64,000 nucleotides of DNA from a virus. Below are positions 1 through 8,199 of the stretch, piece after piece (position 1 is the stretch's first letter; each line of letters starts with the position of its first letter). The DNA is taken from the IMG/VR virus record IMGVR_UViG_3300024239_000355, positions 52,378 to 116,377 of that record, one strand, 5' to 3'. The notes below the pieces were generated by a model that saw only the letters and a list, made by a program, of their open reading frames with translations, did not search any database and was not told the origin of the DNA. Position numbers and translations under genes: made by a program.

Positions 1-826
1 GCTTCTCGCGGATCACGTCGATCCCGCGCCGCTCAAGCCCTTTCCGGTTATCATAGAACAACACCAAGGCACCAGCCGGGGTGTCTTTGCGACGAAACGC
101 CGTCTCGGTGACTTTGTGTTCAGTCGCCTTGCCGAACCCAGTCCCAACCGAGAAGTAATCCTCCGTGATTCCCTGCGGGGAATACTCGGCACTCTGTGCG
201 GAAGTGGTTGAGAGAGTGGCACTTGCCTGGGTGATCCCCGCATCCATCATCTGCGGTGCCGCACCAACCGCCGTGGCGCCGCTGCCATAGGTTTCCACTG
301 TCTTGGTACTGTCGCACCATGTTGTGGTGTCCCGAACCCACTCGGGGCGCTGCCATGGTGCATACGGACGTTCAATGCGCCACACCGCCGGGGTGATCGG
401 TGGGTAATGAGTATGGATATGCACTTGATGATCGATCTTAGGGATTTCCTGTTCCTCGTACACGAGGAACCCAATCACACCAACGTTCTGCCCACCCTCA
501 CCGGCTTGTTCTGCATAGGCACGCTTGCGGTCTTGGAAGAAGAACTGGGCAACCTTGTCATTGTCAAGACGCCAGCCAGGAATGGTGATCGTGCCGTAAG
601 CGGACACGATGTACCCGCGCGATTCAGGACCGGCTTCCTTGCCGTCCATGACCGACAGCCCATCCACTGACGGGATGACCAGTACGCGCTTGCTGGTGAT
701 GTTGCGGAATTTCAGGGTGAAGTCGGAGCCTTTACGACCCTCGACAAAAATCTGGTTTTCGTGGGTGTATTCACGAACCGGCTTGCCGTTTACAAGAACG
801 GTAGCTTCAAAAGACCCGTTACGCAT
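1..826 (-). CDS. Conserved hypothetical phage protein, 3' end runs off the window
   Basis: Missing from the ORF track because it has no stop in the window. Hand translation from ATG 826 (RBS GGAAGGA): MRNGSFEATVLVNGKPVREY...IPGWRLDNDKVAQFFF...VGVIGFLVYEE...VGTGFGK...LVLFYDNRKGLERRGI, open to the edge. Confidence 0.75.
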   Translation of the reverse strand, partial: MRNGSFEATVLVNGKPVREYTHENQIFVEGRKGSDFTLKFRNITSKRVLVIPSVDGLSVMDGKEAGPESRGYIVSAYGTITIPGWRLDNDKVAQFFFQDRKRAYAEQAGEGGQNVGVIGFLVYEEQEIPKIDHQVHIHTHYPPITPAVWRIERPYAPWQRPEWVRDTTTWCDSTKTVETYGSGATAVGAAPQMMDAGITQASATLSTTSAQSAEYSPQGITEDYFSVGTGFGKATEHKVTETAFRRKDTPAGALVLFYDNRKGLERRGIDVIREK

Positions 827-954
827 AATTTTTCCTTCCGTGCAGGACTTCGCCGCCCTCTCACGCGAGGGACTTACCGCCTGCTAATGCGACCAGAACC
901 ATTCCGGTCACAGTTAAACCTATTTAGGTTCGACAAACGGAATAATAACCAACC

Positions 955-1371
955 TTAATTTCCAGCTTCAATTTCTTTTTTAGCCACATCAAACAAGATT
1001 TGATCATCACCAGCTTGATGTTTTTGAAGATGAGAGCGGAAATTAATCAAGGCTTCAAGGAGTGCGAGTTTGTTATAGTTATGTTTAATTTCATCACACA
1101 GAATTTTTGTACGATCCGCAAACAACTTATGATTCTCTTTATGCTCGGCACCTAGTGGAAATTTTGTTCCAAGCGTATCGATTAACTGTTCCTCAGTAAC
1201 CAAATGAGCAGTCAATAATGATTGAACTTTATAAATTTGCTGAAGGACACTTTGTGAACTCATACCATCGGAAACCATCAGTTTAAGATGATCCACATCA
1301 CGTCCGATAGCACGGTGTTGTTGAGCGCAAATTGCCACTAATTCGTTAATTGTCATGACCGATCCACCCAA
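955..1371 (-). CDS. Hemerythrin-like (HHE) di-iron protein
   Basis: Ligand pattern H...HxxxEE (HLVTEE)...HxxxH (HKENH)...HxxxxD (HQAGDD); upstream late-promoter motif CTAAATA at ~1388-1394 (minus). Confidence 0.75.
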   Translation of the reverse strand: MGGSVMTINELVAICAQQHRAIGRDVDHLKLMVSDGMSSQSVLQQIYKVQSLLTAHLVTEEQLIDTLGTKFPLGAEHKENHKLFADRTKILCDEIKHNYNKLALLEALINFRSHLQKHQAGDDQILFDVAKKEIEAGN

Positions 1372-1418
1372 TCACAGATTGTAATATTATTTAGTGCTTC
1401 TCTATGATAAATACATCC

Positions 1419-2147
1419 ATGAAAATTACTGACGTGACTACTCATTGGGAACATTGCGACTGTGGTTGCGATAAATCCCTTAGCTCCCCGGTGGAATTGA
1501 TACGTGCGTATAAACCCACGATACGCGGTAAGGTCGCTGATTTACTCGGCGCTAATACCCAGCTATCGGAAGCCACGGTTAAAGAAATAAAGTCGTTGTT
1601 TGATGATGATTTTCTTCGGCAGCGCGAACGCGCGACCGAGTTAGAGGGGTTTCGAAAATTCGGCTTCAAGGGTGATACATTGACGTACTACGTCCCCTCG
1701 TCCAAGTCTCGCGAACCGGGACATGCGATGGAGGGAAAGGGTTATCATGTCAAAGTCCAATTCGTGCAATGGCCGCAATTGGTCGAGGATGTCGATCTAA
1801 ATGCTAACGAAGCAGCGTGGATGGCATATTGGATCGGTGATGTACGCTTAAGCTGTACTTGCCCTAGTTTCCTCTACTGGGGCATGCAATATTTATGCAC
1901 ATCCATAGATGCGGCAATATATCCAGAGGTTCGCAAGCCTGTGAAGATGAATCCACAAGAGCGTGGCATCGTTTGTAAACATTTGAGAAGAGTATTAGAT
2001 TATCTGGGTACCAATCTTACTGATATTTCAACAGAATTCCGCAACTACAGGAATATGAATCCTGATAGCCGTCGCCAAGAAATCAATACCCAGCGACGGC
2101 AACAGAAAACTGTTACCCAGAAACGGATGGACGATCTTGACCAATAA
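1419..2147 (+). CDS. Conserved phage protein with SWIM-like Zn motif
   Basis: CTCPSFLYWG...CKHL motif; TAAATA at 1408-1413 followed 5 nt later by ATG 1419. Confidence 0.6.
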   Translation: MKITDVTTHWEHCDCGCDKSLSSPVELIRAYKPTIRGKVADLLGANTQLSEATVKEIKSLFDDDFLRQRERATELEGFRKFGFKGDTLTYYVPSSKSREPGHAMEGKGYHVKVQFVQWPQLVEDVDLNANEAAWMAYWIGDVRLSCTCPSFLYWGMQYLCTSIDAAIYPEVRKPVKMNPQERGIVCKHLRRVLDYLGTNLTDISTEFRNYRNMNPDSRRQEINTQRRQQKTVTQKRMDDLDQ

Positions 2148-3258
2148 ACTGTAGAATATCAGTTGCCTTTTGATATTTTCGCTCAAGGTATATGGTTGCG
2201 TCGGCATACAACAGATTGTATAACGCTTGAAAACTAGACTTGCGGCTAATTTGCAAATTAGCCGCGTATTCACTAACCCATATCCCATTAGTAATACCGA
2301 GTTCGGTTAAATAATTGGCAAAACCATCAAAAAATTGTTTTTGACCAGAAAGTGAGCATGCCCACTTTCGGGATCGATTACTTTCTTTATACAGACCGAA
2401 GCTACCATCCCCATCAAAGCACCCTCGAATGAAGTGTCTTTTTAGGTGTGGCGGCACAATTTCATCAGATGGAAACGTAATGGTATGGCTTTTGGCTTGG
2501 CGGACACCATGTTCTTCGAGCTTCTTGCTGATTTCACGGTTGCAGACTAGCAGTGATACCATATGTATATAAGTTCCATTAGGTATAGGTTTTGTTCTAT
2601 ATTTCAACGGTCTATCGTTATACCCCATCGCGTTCTTGATCTTTTCTAGAATCTCCACATCACTTTCTTGGATTTCCAGTGATACCGTATTTGTTTGACG
2701 GTGGTTGTACCCATCGGTGTAAAGCCATCCAAGGATGTACGCTTTCTCTTCGGTATCAATGATGTCGAAGTAATGATCGTCAATGGCATATTTGCGGCGT
2801 ACAAATGATAGATCACGGCGGGAAATACCGTTCCGTTCAAGAAGGGCGCGGATCGAAGAATTGGAGCATCCATACTTTTCACCAAGTTGTGTGCAATCCA
2901 TTCCATTGACATATGCATCAACGATTTCCGAAACTTTGCCATCAAGATGCCCAGGGCGATTATTGTAAGCATGCCGAATTTGCACTCCATGACGCTCAAG
3001 GAAACGACGCATAGAGCGCACATCACAAACATATTGGTTTGCCAATTCCCGCATTTCCATTCCGCCTTCATAGGCGTGGATAATCTGGTCGCAATGTTGT
3101 TCGAGTTTGCCAATATGAGTAGCACGATCAGTTTTCACTCTCACCCCTTCTTTGAGTAAGAGCCGATTAATCGTTTGCGGGTGGCATCCGTGTTCACTGG
3201 CGATGTGTTTAACGGGTTTTCCAGTTTTGTAATCAGCAATGATTTTATCAATGTTCAT
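2113..3258 (-). CDS. Free-standing LAGLIDADG homing endonuclease with N-terminal HTH-like repeats
   Basis: Two LAGLIDADG-like motifs AYILGWLYTDGY and HFIRGCFDGDGS; three repeated helical units (..I..Y..G.....LA..Y.C....IR.LL.R.G) at the N terminus. Confidence 0.85.
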   Translation of the reverse strand: MNIDKIIADYKTGKPVKHIASEHGCHPQTINRLLLKEGVRVKTDRATHIGKLEQHCDQIIHAYEGGMEMRELANQYVCDVRSMRRFLERHGVQIRHAYNNRPGHLDGKVSEIVDAYVNGMDCTQLGEKYGCSNSSIRALLERNGISRRDLSFVRRKYAIDDHYFDIIDTEEKAYILGWLYTDGYNHRQTNTVSLEIQESDVEILEKIKNAMGYNDRPLKYRTKPIPNGTYIHMVSLLVCNREISKKLEEHGVRQAKSHTITFPSDEIVPPHLKRHFIRGCFDGDGSFGLYKESNRSRKWACSLSGQKQFFDGFANYLTELGITNGIWVSEYAANLQISRKSSFQALYNLLYADATIYLERKYQKATDILQFIGQDRPSVSG

Positions 3259-3308
3259 GTCCGTTTTCCTTTTATTTATTTAGCACAAGGAAAACGGACA
3301 TGAACATT
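3250..3308 (-). promoter_or_regulatory. Perfect 22-bp inverted repeat with late promoter in the loop, covering the RBS and ATG of the LAGLIDADG gene
   Basis: AATGTTCATGTCCGTTTTCCTT (3250-3271) / AAGGAAAACGGACATGAACATT (3287-3308); the loop reads CTAAATAAATA on the minus strand. Confidence 0.85.
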
Positions 3309-3376
3309 ATCTATTGTGCTAATAATATTTCACCAATACTAAATAACCATAGCAGACACTTTGAAGGAAGTGCCAA

Positions 3377-3655
3377 ATGAGTGATATTGAACTTAGCCGT
3401 ATACGGCAATTAGCCGGTCTAACAAATTCTGAAGCTTCAATGCTGACTGAATCCGCAGACATCAATAAGTATGTCAAAGCAAAACTGTCTGGTTTTTTGG
3501 CTTCATTATTGGAAACTACTGCAAAAGACCTTGATTCCATTGCGGCGCAAATTGATGGGATTGAAATGGCGAAGCTCAATGAGAGCAGCCTATTCATGCT
3601 TACCGACCTGAAGATGCTGGTCGGGATGATGGCAAAATTAAAGACCAAATACTAA
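3377..3655 (+). CDS. Hypothetical protein (probably late)
   Basis: ORF with RBS GAAGGAAG; CTAAATA upstream at ~3340; RIRQLAGL motif recurs in other late genes of this window (RMRHLAGL, RMRQLAGL). Confidence 0.6.
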   Translation: MSDIELSRIRQLAGLTNSEASMLTESADINKYVKAKLSGFLASLLETTAKDLDSIAAQIDGIEMAKLNESSLFMLTDLKMLVGMMAKLKTKY

Positions 3656-3665
3656 GGGGTTGAGA

Positions 3666-4220
3666 ATGACGGATACTGAAGCAATTCGTAAGCTAATTGA
3701 AACTTTAGAATCTATCGGTCCCGACCCACTAACCGAAGGTCCGTTTGATTGGTTTAAGCGTAATAAACAGGCTGAACAGCCCGCTGTTCAGGCACGCCAG
3801 CCGCAACCGGAAACATCCGATCCTTTGATTGCGCATTGGAAATCTCTAGCATCGACCCTTAACAATGCATTACAATCATTGAAGTCTGGAAAATTATTCA
3901 GTGCATTTCATGGACAAGAAATGCAAAAAATGCCCAAGATTTTGGAACGAGCATTGTCGTTGGGGCAGCAAGTGATTACTGCCAAACAACGTAAAGAAAA
4001 CGCTGCATTCGTAAATCTCGGGCGGCAACTAGGAGCAACCCTGTCAGAACTGGCAACAATGCGCCAGCAGGGGTTCAATCAATATGACGGGAAAACCGAC
4101 CCGCAGGTTGCGGTGGAAGCTCGGCAATTCGCCGCTGCTTTGACAAATGTCCTCAAGCAAGTGAAGCCTTTCTTCACTGCTTTGTGGACAGATATTGAGG
4201 CTGTCCGCAAAGCAGCATAG
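3666..4220 (+). CDS. Hypothetical protein
   Basis: ORF following the previous gene with RBS AAGGGG. Confidence 0.6.
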   Translation: MTDTEAIRKLIETLESIGPDPLTEGPFDWFKRNKQAEQPAVQARQPQPETSDPLIAHWKSLASTLNNALQSLKSGKLFSAFHGQEMQKMPKILERALSLGQQVITAKQRKENAAFVNLGRQLGATLSELATMRQQGFNQYDGKTDPQVAVEARQFAAALTNVLKQVKPFFTALWTDIEAVRKAA

Positions 4221-4225
4221 TAGGT

Positions 4226-5482
4226 TTAACCGGCTATTGTTTTTTCATCCTGAACCGTCATGTGGATAGCACCGTCCGTAATTTCATCACTGATATCAAG
4301 GACGGTATCTTCCTTTGGGTTCCGCAAGTTACCAGCCATTGAAACCAGCATCGGCGTGCAAACGAGGCTCAAAACCGCAACACCGGTCCAGAAGTTTGCG
4401 TTCGGCAACAGCGGTGTCGCTGCCGTAATGACGATGAACGAGAATTCACCCGCTTGTGCCAATGTCAACCCGAGACGCAAGCTATTACGCTTACTGATTT
4501 TGATGGTTTGTGCCGCGATGTAGCCAGCGCCAATTTTAAGGGCGATCAAGAGCATCGCCACGCCGACAATTTTTGCCATATCCAGTGCGGGCAACAGAAC
4601 AGGTACTTGGGCGCCCACGCTGATGAAGAATATACCCAGAAACGTCGATTCAAGCGGCTTCATCACGCTCTTCACATCATGGTTCCATGCGGCACCCGCC
4701 ATCGACAATCCCGCAAGGAACGCCCCGAGGCTAGGTGAAAAACCGAAATACATGGATGTCACACCCATCGCCATGGTCGAAGCAATGATGGCTGGTAGAA
4801 AGAACTTGTTGCGGTGTTCGGCGTGGATCATGGAAATCAAGTTGTGTACAACCAGCTTTGATACCACGAAAATCACCGTCATCGTGATAGTGGCAGGAAT
4901 GAGTTTAATATCCCCACCGCCATGTCCATGTCCTTCGCCCGCGTTTTTGACCCCGGCAAGCATGACTAACATCGGAATGACCAACAGAACCAGCGGTACC
5001 ATCAGGTCTTGGAAGAGCAAAACCGATAATGACATCTGACCGTTCTGACCCTTCAACTGCCCAGAATCTTTAAGCATTTGAAGGACGAAGGCAGTGCTTG
5101 ACATCGCGAATGCAATACCAATTGCGATAGAACCATATAGAGACACCCCAAGAACTTTTGCCAGCACCCCAGCCAACACGCCACTGAAAATGAAGTGCGC
5201 CGGTCCTAAACCGAACACGTATTTCGCCATTGATTTCAGTCGATCAGCCGAAAGCTCCACGCCGATTAACAGTAGCAGGAACATGATGCCGACTTCTGAC
5301 ATCACGTATACGATAGTATCGGTCGGTGCAACAATCTTTAAACCACCGGGACCAAATGCAACCCCGGCAGCAATCAGTCCAAGATTTGGGTTCCACTTCA
5401 TGGCAGCAAATGCGGTAGTGATGATAGCCACCGCACCAAACAGCATCGCCACTCCAAGTGCTGCCTGCATGAACTCGGTCAT
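4226..5482 (-). CDS. Monovalent cation:proton antiporter, CPA2/Kef-like, membrane domain only
   Basis: Many hydrophobic segments; SEVGIMFLLLLIGVELS, AMSSTAFV, LLFQDL, LGAFLAG, LAQAGEFSFIV motifs typical of KefB/KefC; no C-terminal KTN/TrkA domain; ATGA overlap with the LysRS stop. Confidence 0.85.
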   Translation of the reverse strand: MTEFMQAALGVAMLFGAVAIITTAFAAMKWNPNLGLIAAGVAFGPGGLKIVAPTDTIVYVMSEVGIMFLLLLIGVELSADRLKSMAKYVFGLGPAHFIFSGVLAGVLAKVLGVSLYGSIAIGIAFAMSSTAFVLQMLKDSGQLKGQNGQMSLSVLLFQDLMVPLVLLVIPMLVMLAGVKNAGEGHGHGGGDIKLIPATITMTVIFVVSKLVVHNLISMIHAEHRNKFFLPAIIASTMAMGVTSMYFGFSPSLGAFLAGLSMAGAAWNHDVKSVMKPLESTFLGIFFISVGAQVPVLLPALDMAKIVGVAMLLIALKIGAGYIAAQTIKISKRNSLRLGLTLAQAGEFSFIVITAATPLLPNANFWTGVAVLSLVCTPMLVSMAGNLRNPKEDTVLDISDEITDGAIHMTVQDEKTIAG

Positions 5483-7053
5483 TGTACCTTCCCCCGAATA
5501 AGAGCAACGCTGTCCTTTATCCCGTAGATGGACACAAAGGTACCAAAGCGCGGACCTTGCGTCTTGCCGAACAACACCTCGTAGATCATCTGGAAGAACT
5601 CACGCAGGCGTTCCTTGCCGTAATGAGCCTTGCCGATCTCGTAGATATGGAACTGGATACCTTCCGCATCCAACCCTTGGTCGAGTGTCGCCAACTGAAT
5701 TGCGAGTGCCAGGAGCGCCGTGCGTTCCTGGGCGTTTGGGGTCTTGAACTGCTTGGTCGGCTCGATCTTGTCCACATAGTAGTTGATCGCGCCACGGATC
5801 ATGTCGTCCATCAACGCACGGCTGCCCTCAGGAACCGTCGTATGCTGGTTGACGAAACCCCACAGCACTTCAGGATCACGGCTGTTGGCGACTTCCACCA
5901 AATTCAGCAGCACCCCGAAGGTGATGTCGAAATTGGCATCAGGCACCGCATGCGGATGGATCAGCGAGATTACCTCGGGCATGCCTTCCACCGCAGACAG
6001 ACGGCAAGACTGCAAGTCCTTCAGATAGGCGTCAACCATCTGCGGGACTACATCAAAGTGAACCTTCTTGGCGGTGGTCGGGTTCTGGTACGCGAAATAC
6101 CAAATGACAGCGGCAGGGGCATACTTGAGCCACCGTTCGAGCGAGAACCCATTTCCTTTGGATTTGGATACCTTGTGACCATCCTTGTCGAGAAAGAGTT
6201 CATAGGTCATCAAAATCGGAGGTTCACGACCCAATGCGCGGCAAATTTCTTCTCCGAGACGGGCGGACGGAATCAAGTCCTTGCCATGCATTTCATAATC
6301 AACGTCAATAGCCACCCAACGGGCAGGCCAGTCCGTCTTCCATTGAAGTTTGCAATCACCATCCAAGATCGAATGGGATACATGCTTCTTGCCGCTTTCG
6401 TCGGTGAACGTCATATAGCGCATATGACGCCCTGGAACGCTCGGGTGAACATATGCATTGCGCACATCATGATGTACACGCCCGTCGATAATCGGCAGGA
6501 ACGGAAACCATGTGTTCTGTCGATCTTCGTTGATGCGACCGAGCGTCGGGAGAACAATGCCCTTAATTGCATGCACGTGGTCCGCAACCAAGTTAAGGGT
6601 CTTGTTATATCGACCCGTCTTATAGGCATCGGTGGCAGACAGGAAAATGTAATCGCGGTTGTTCTTCAACCCCAACTTGGCAAGATAATCCGTCATGCCT
6701 GCGTTTATGTACGCCGCGTAGCTTGAATGATGAGTCCCAAAAATATTCGGGATCATTGATACAGGGACACCAATGTATGGTTCAAGCGCAGCTTGTTGCT
6801 CATCGGTGAAGTTCGTCGGGACTTTGCGCAGTGCGTCGTAATCGTCTGAAACGACATAAAGAATCGTCTTGCGTCCAGTAAGACGTTCAAACGCTCGTCG
6901 TACCATAGTCAGACGCAAAATTTCGGAGACTGATCCGAGATGGACAAGTCCACTCGCCCCGAAACCGGCTTCAAAAACAACTGGACGATCTGAAGGATAA
7001 TCCCGTGTCCGCGCAGCAAGCTGCTCCGCTTGCTCTTGCACCCACGATCCCAT
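5479..7053 (-). CDS. lysS: Class I lysyl-tRNA synthetase
   Basis: GFGASGLVHLGS (HIGH-like), VSDDYDALRKVP, KTDWPARW, EMHGKDL, KVSKSKGN (KMSKS), GKTQGPRFG motifs of LysRS1. Confidence 0.93.
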   Translation of the reverse strand: MGSWVQEQAEQLAARTRDYPSDRPVVFEAGFGASGLVHLGSVSEILRLTMVRRAFERLTGRKTILYVVSDDYDALRKVPTNFTDEQQAALEPYIGVPVSMIPNIFGTHHSSYAAYINAGMTDYLAKLGLKNNRDYIFLSATDAYKTGRYNKTLNLVADHVHAIKGIVLPTLGRINEDRQNTWFPFLPIIDGRVHHDVRNAYVHPSVPGRHMRYMTFTDESGKKHVSHSILDGDCKLQWKTDWPARWVAIDVDYEMHGKDLIPSARLGEEICRALGREPPILMTYELFLDKDGHKVSKSKGNGFSLERWLKYAPAAVIWYFAYQNPTTAKKVHFDVVPQMVDAYLKDLQSCRLSAVEGMPEVISLIHPHAVPDANFDITFGVLLNLVEVANSRDPEVLWGFVNQHTTVPEGSRALMDDMIRGAINYYVDKIEPTKQFKTPNAQERTALLALAIQLATLDQGLDAEGIQFHIYEIGKAHYGKERLREFFQMIYEVLFGKTQGPRFGTFVSIYGIKDSVALIRGKVQ

Positions 7054-7067
7054 CGATATCTCCATCG

Positions 7068-7163
7068 GATAAATAGAAATGAGCAGTAAGGTCTTGGGCG
7101 GGCACCCATGACCAACCGCGACGAGAGAAGCGGCTGTCCTGCTCGTACCTATTTAGACGAGAG
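7068..7163 (+). ncRNA. Putative structured RNA element, copy A, between convergent late promoters upstream of a Zn-repeat endonuclease
   Basis: GATAAATAG-N4-GAGCAG-TAA-[hairpin GGTC.TGGG/CCCA.GACC]-AA-[CCGC loop GCGG]-CTGTC-CTGCTC-N4-CTATTTAG; same architecture at 63232-63331. Confidence 0.7.
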
Positions 7164-7171
7164 GTATCAAC

Positions 7172-8071
7172 GTGTCAAGGAAGAAGACGATCAGCGATTT
7201 TATCGCTGAAGCAATTGCCATTCATGGTGACCGCTACGATTACTCCAATGCAAAATACATTGGGGTCAAAAATCCAATAGAAATCAAATGTAAAGATCAC
7301 GGGTCTTTCTTTCAACGTATACATGTTCATTTGAACGGGCATGGCTGTCCGTTGTGTGGTTCGAACCGAAATTCTGTGGATCGATTTCTGGATAGAGCAA
7401 ACAAAATTCATAAAATGAAATATGATTATTCCAAGGTTCTTTACAAGAACCTAACGACGCCAGTCACCATTATTTGCCAAATCCACGGCGATTTCGATCA
7501 ATGTCCCAGAGATCATTTACAAGGATGTGGATGTCCTAAATGTGCAGGACGCAAAAATACAGAAGAATTTGTGCAACAAGCGCATCGTATTCATGGAGCC
7601 TATTACGATTATTCATCTACCACGTATACGGCTGCAAAACATAATGTGACTATACTGTGCCCGCGTCATGGCACATTCACACAGAAAGCCTATGCACATT
7701 TACGTGGGCAGGGTTGTCCATCGTGTTCCAAATGTTCTTCAAAGGCTGAGCAAGCATGGTTAGATCATCACGGAATTCCCGAGGAATACCGCCAATACCC
7801 AATACGGTTGCCAGAATTCAAACGCCCGCTTGTCGTTGATGGGTTCGACCCATCAACGAACACCGTCTACGAGTTCTACGGTGATTTCTGGCATGGTAAT
7901 CCTGCGTTCTTCGATCAATCTAAACCACATCGAGTCGCATCATCAAGACGGGGTACGTATGGTGACGTTTACAATCGAACACTCAAACGGCAAACAATAT
8001 TAGAGAACAATGGGTATAACGTTAAATGGATATGGGAAAGTGAATGGTTGCAAACGTCAAACCAACGATAA
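7172..8071 (+). CDS. Putative homing endonuclease: tandem CxxH/CxxC Zn repeats (DUF723-like) plus Vsr/EDxHD-like nuclease domain
   Basis: Three YDYS...I.C..HG.F.Q....HL.G.GCP.C repeats; C-terminal VDGFD...VYEFYGDFWHG; GTG start with SD GAGG. Confidence 0.8.
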   Translation: MSRKKTISDFIAEAIAIHGDRYDYSNAKYIGVKNPIEIKCKDHGSFFQRIHVHLNGHGCPLCGSNRNSVDRFLDRANKIHKMKYDYSKVLYKNLTTPVTIICQIHGDFDQCPRDHLQGCGCPKCAGRKNTEEFVQQAHRIHGAYYDYSSTTYTAAKHNVTILCPRHGTFTQKAYAHLRGQGCPSCSKCSSKAEQAWLDHHGIPEEYRQYPIRLPEFKRPLVVDGFDPSTNTVYEFYGDFWHGNPAFFDQSKPHRVASSRRGTYGDVYNRTLKRQTILENNGYNVKWIWESEWLQTSNQR

Positions 8072-8092
8072 AACAAATATGATCGACAATGG

Positions 8093-8179
8093 TTGACATC
8101 AGTAAACTGATTGAGTATAATGTGATTACTGGGGAATTTTCTGCGCGGACTTGACATCCGTATTTTGCGTGGCTATTAT
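8093..8179 (+). promoter_or_regulatory. Two tandem sigma70-type promoters
   Basis: TTGACA(8093)-N17-TATAAT(8116) and TTGACA(8151)-N17-TATTAT(8174). Confidence 0.8.
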
Positions 8180-8199
8180 CGTGCTTGTAAACAAGTACG

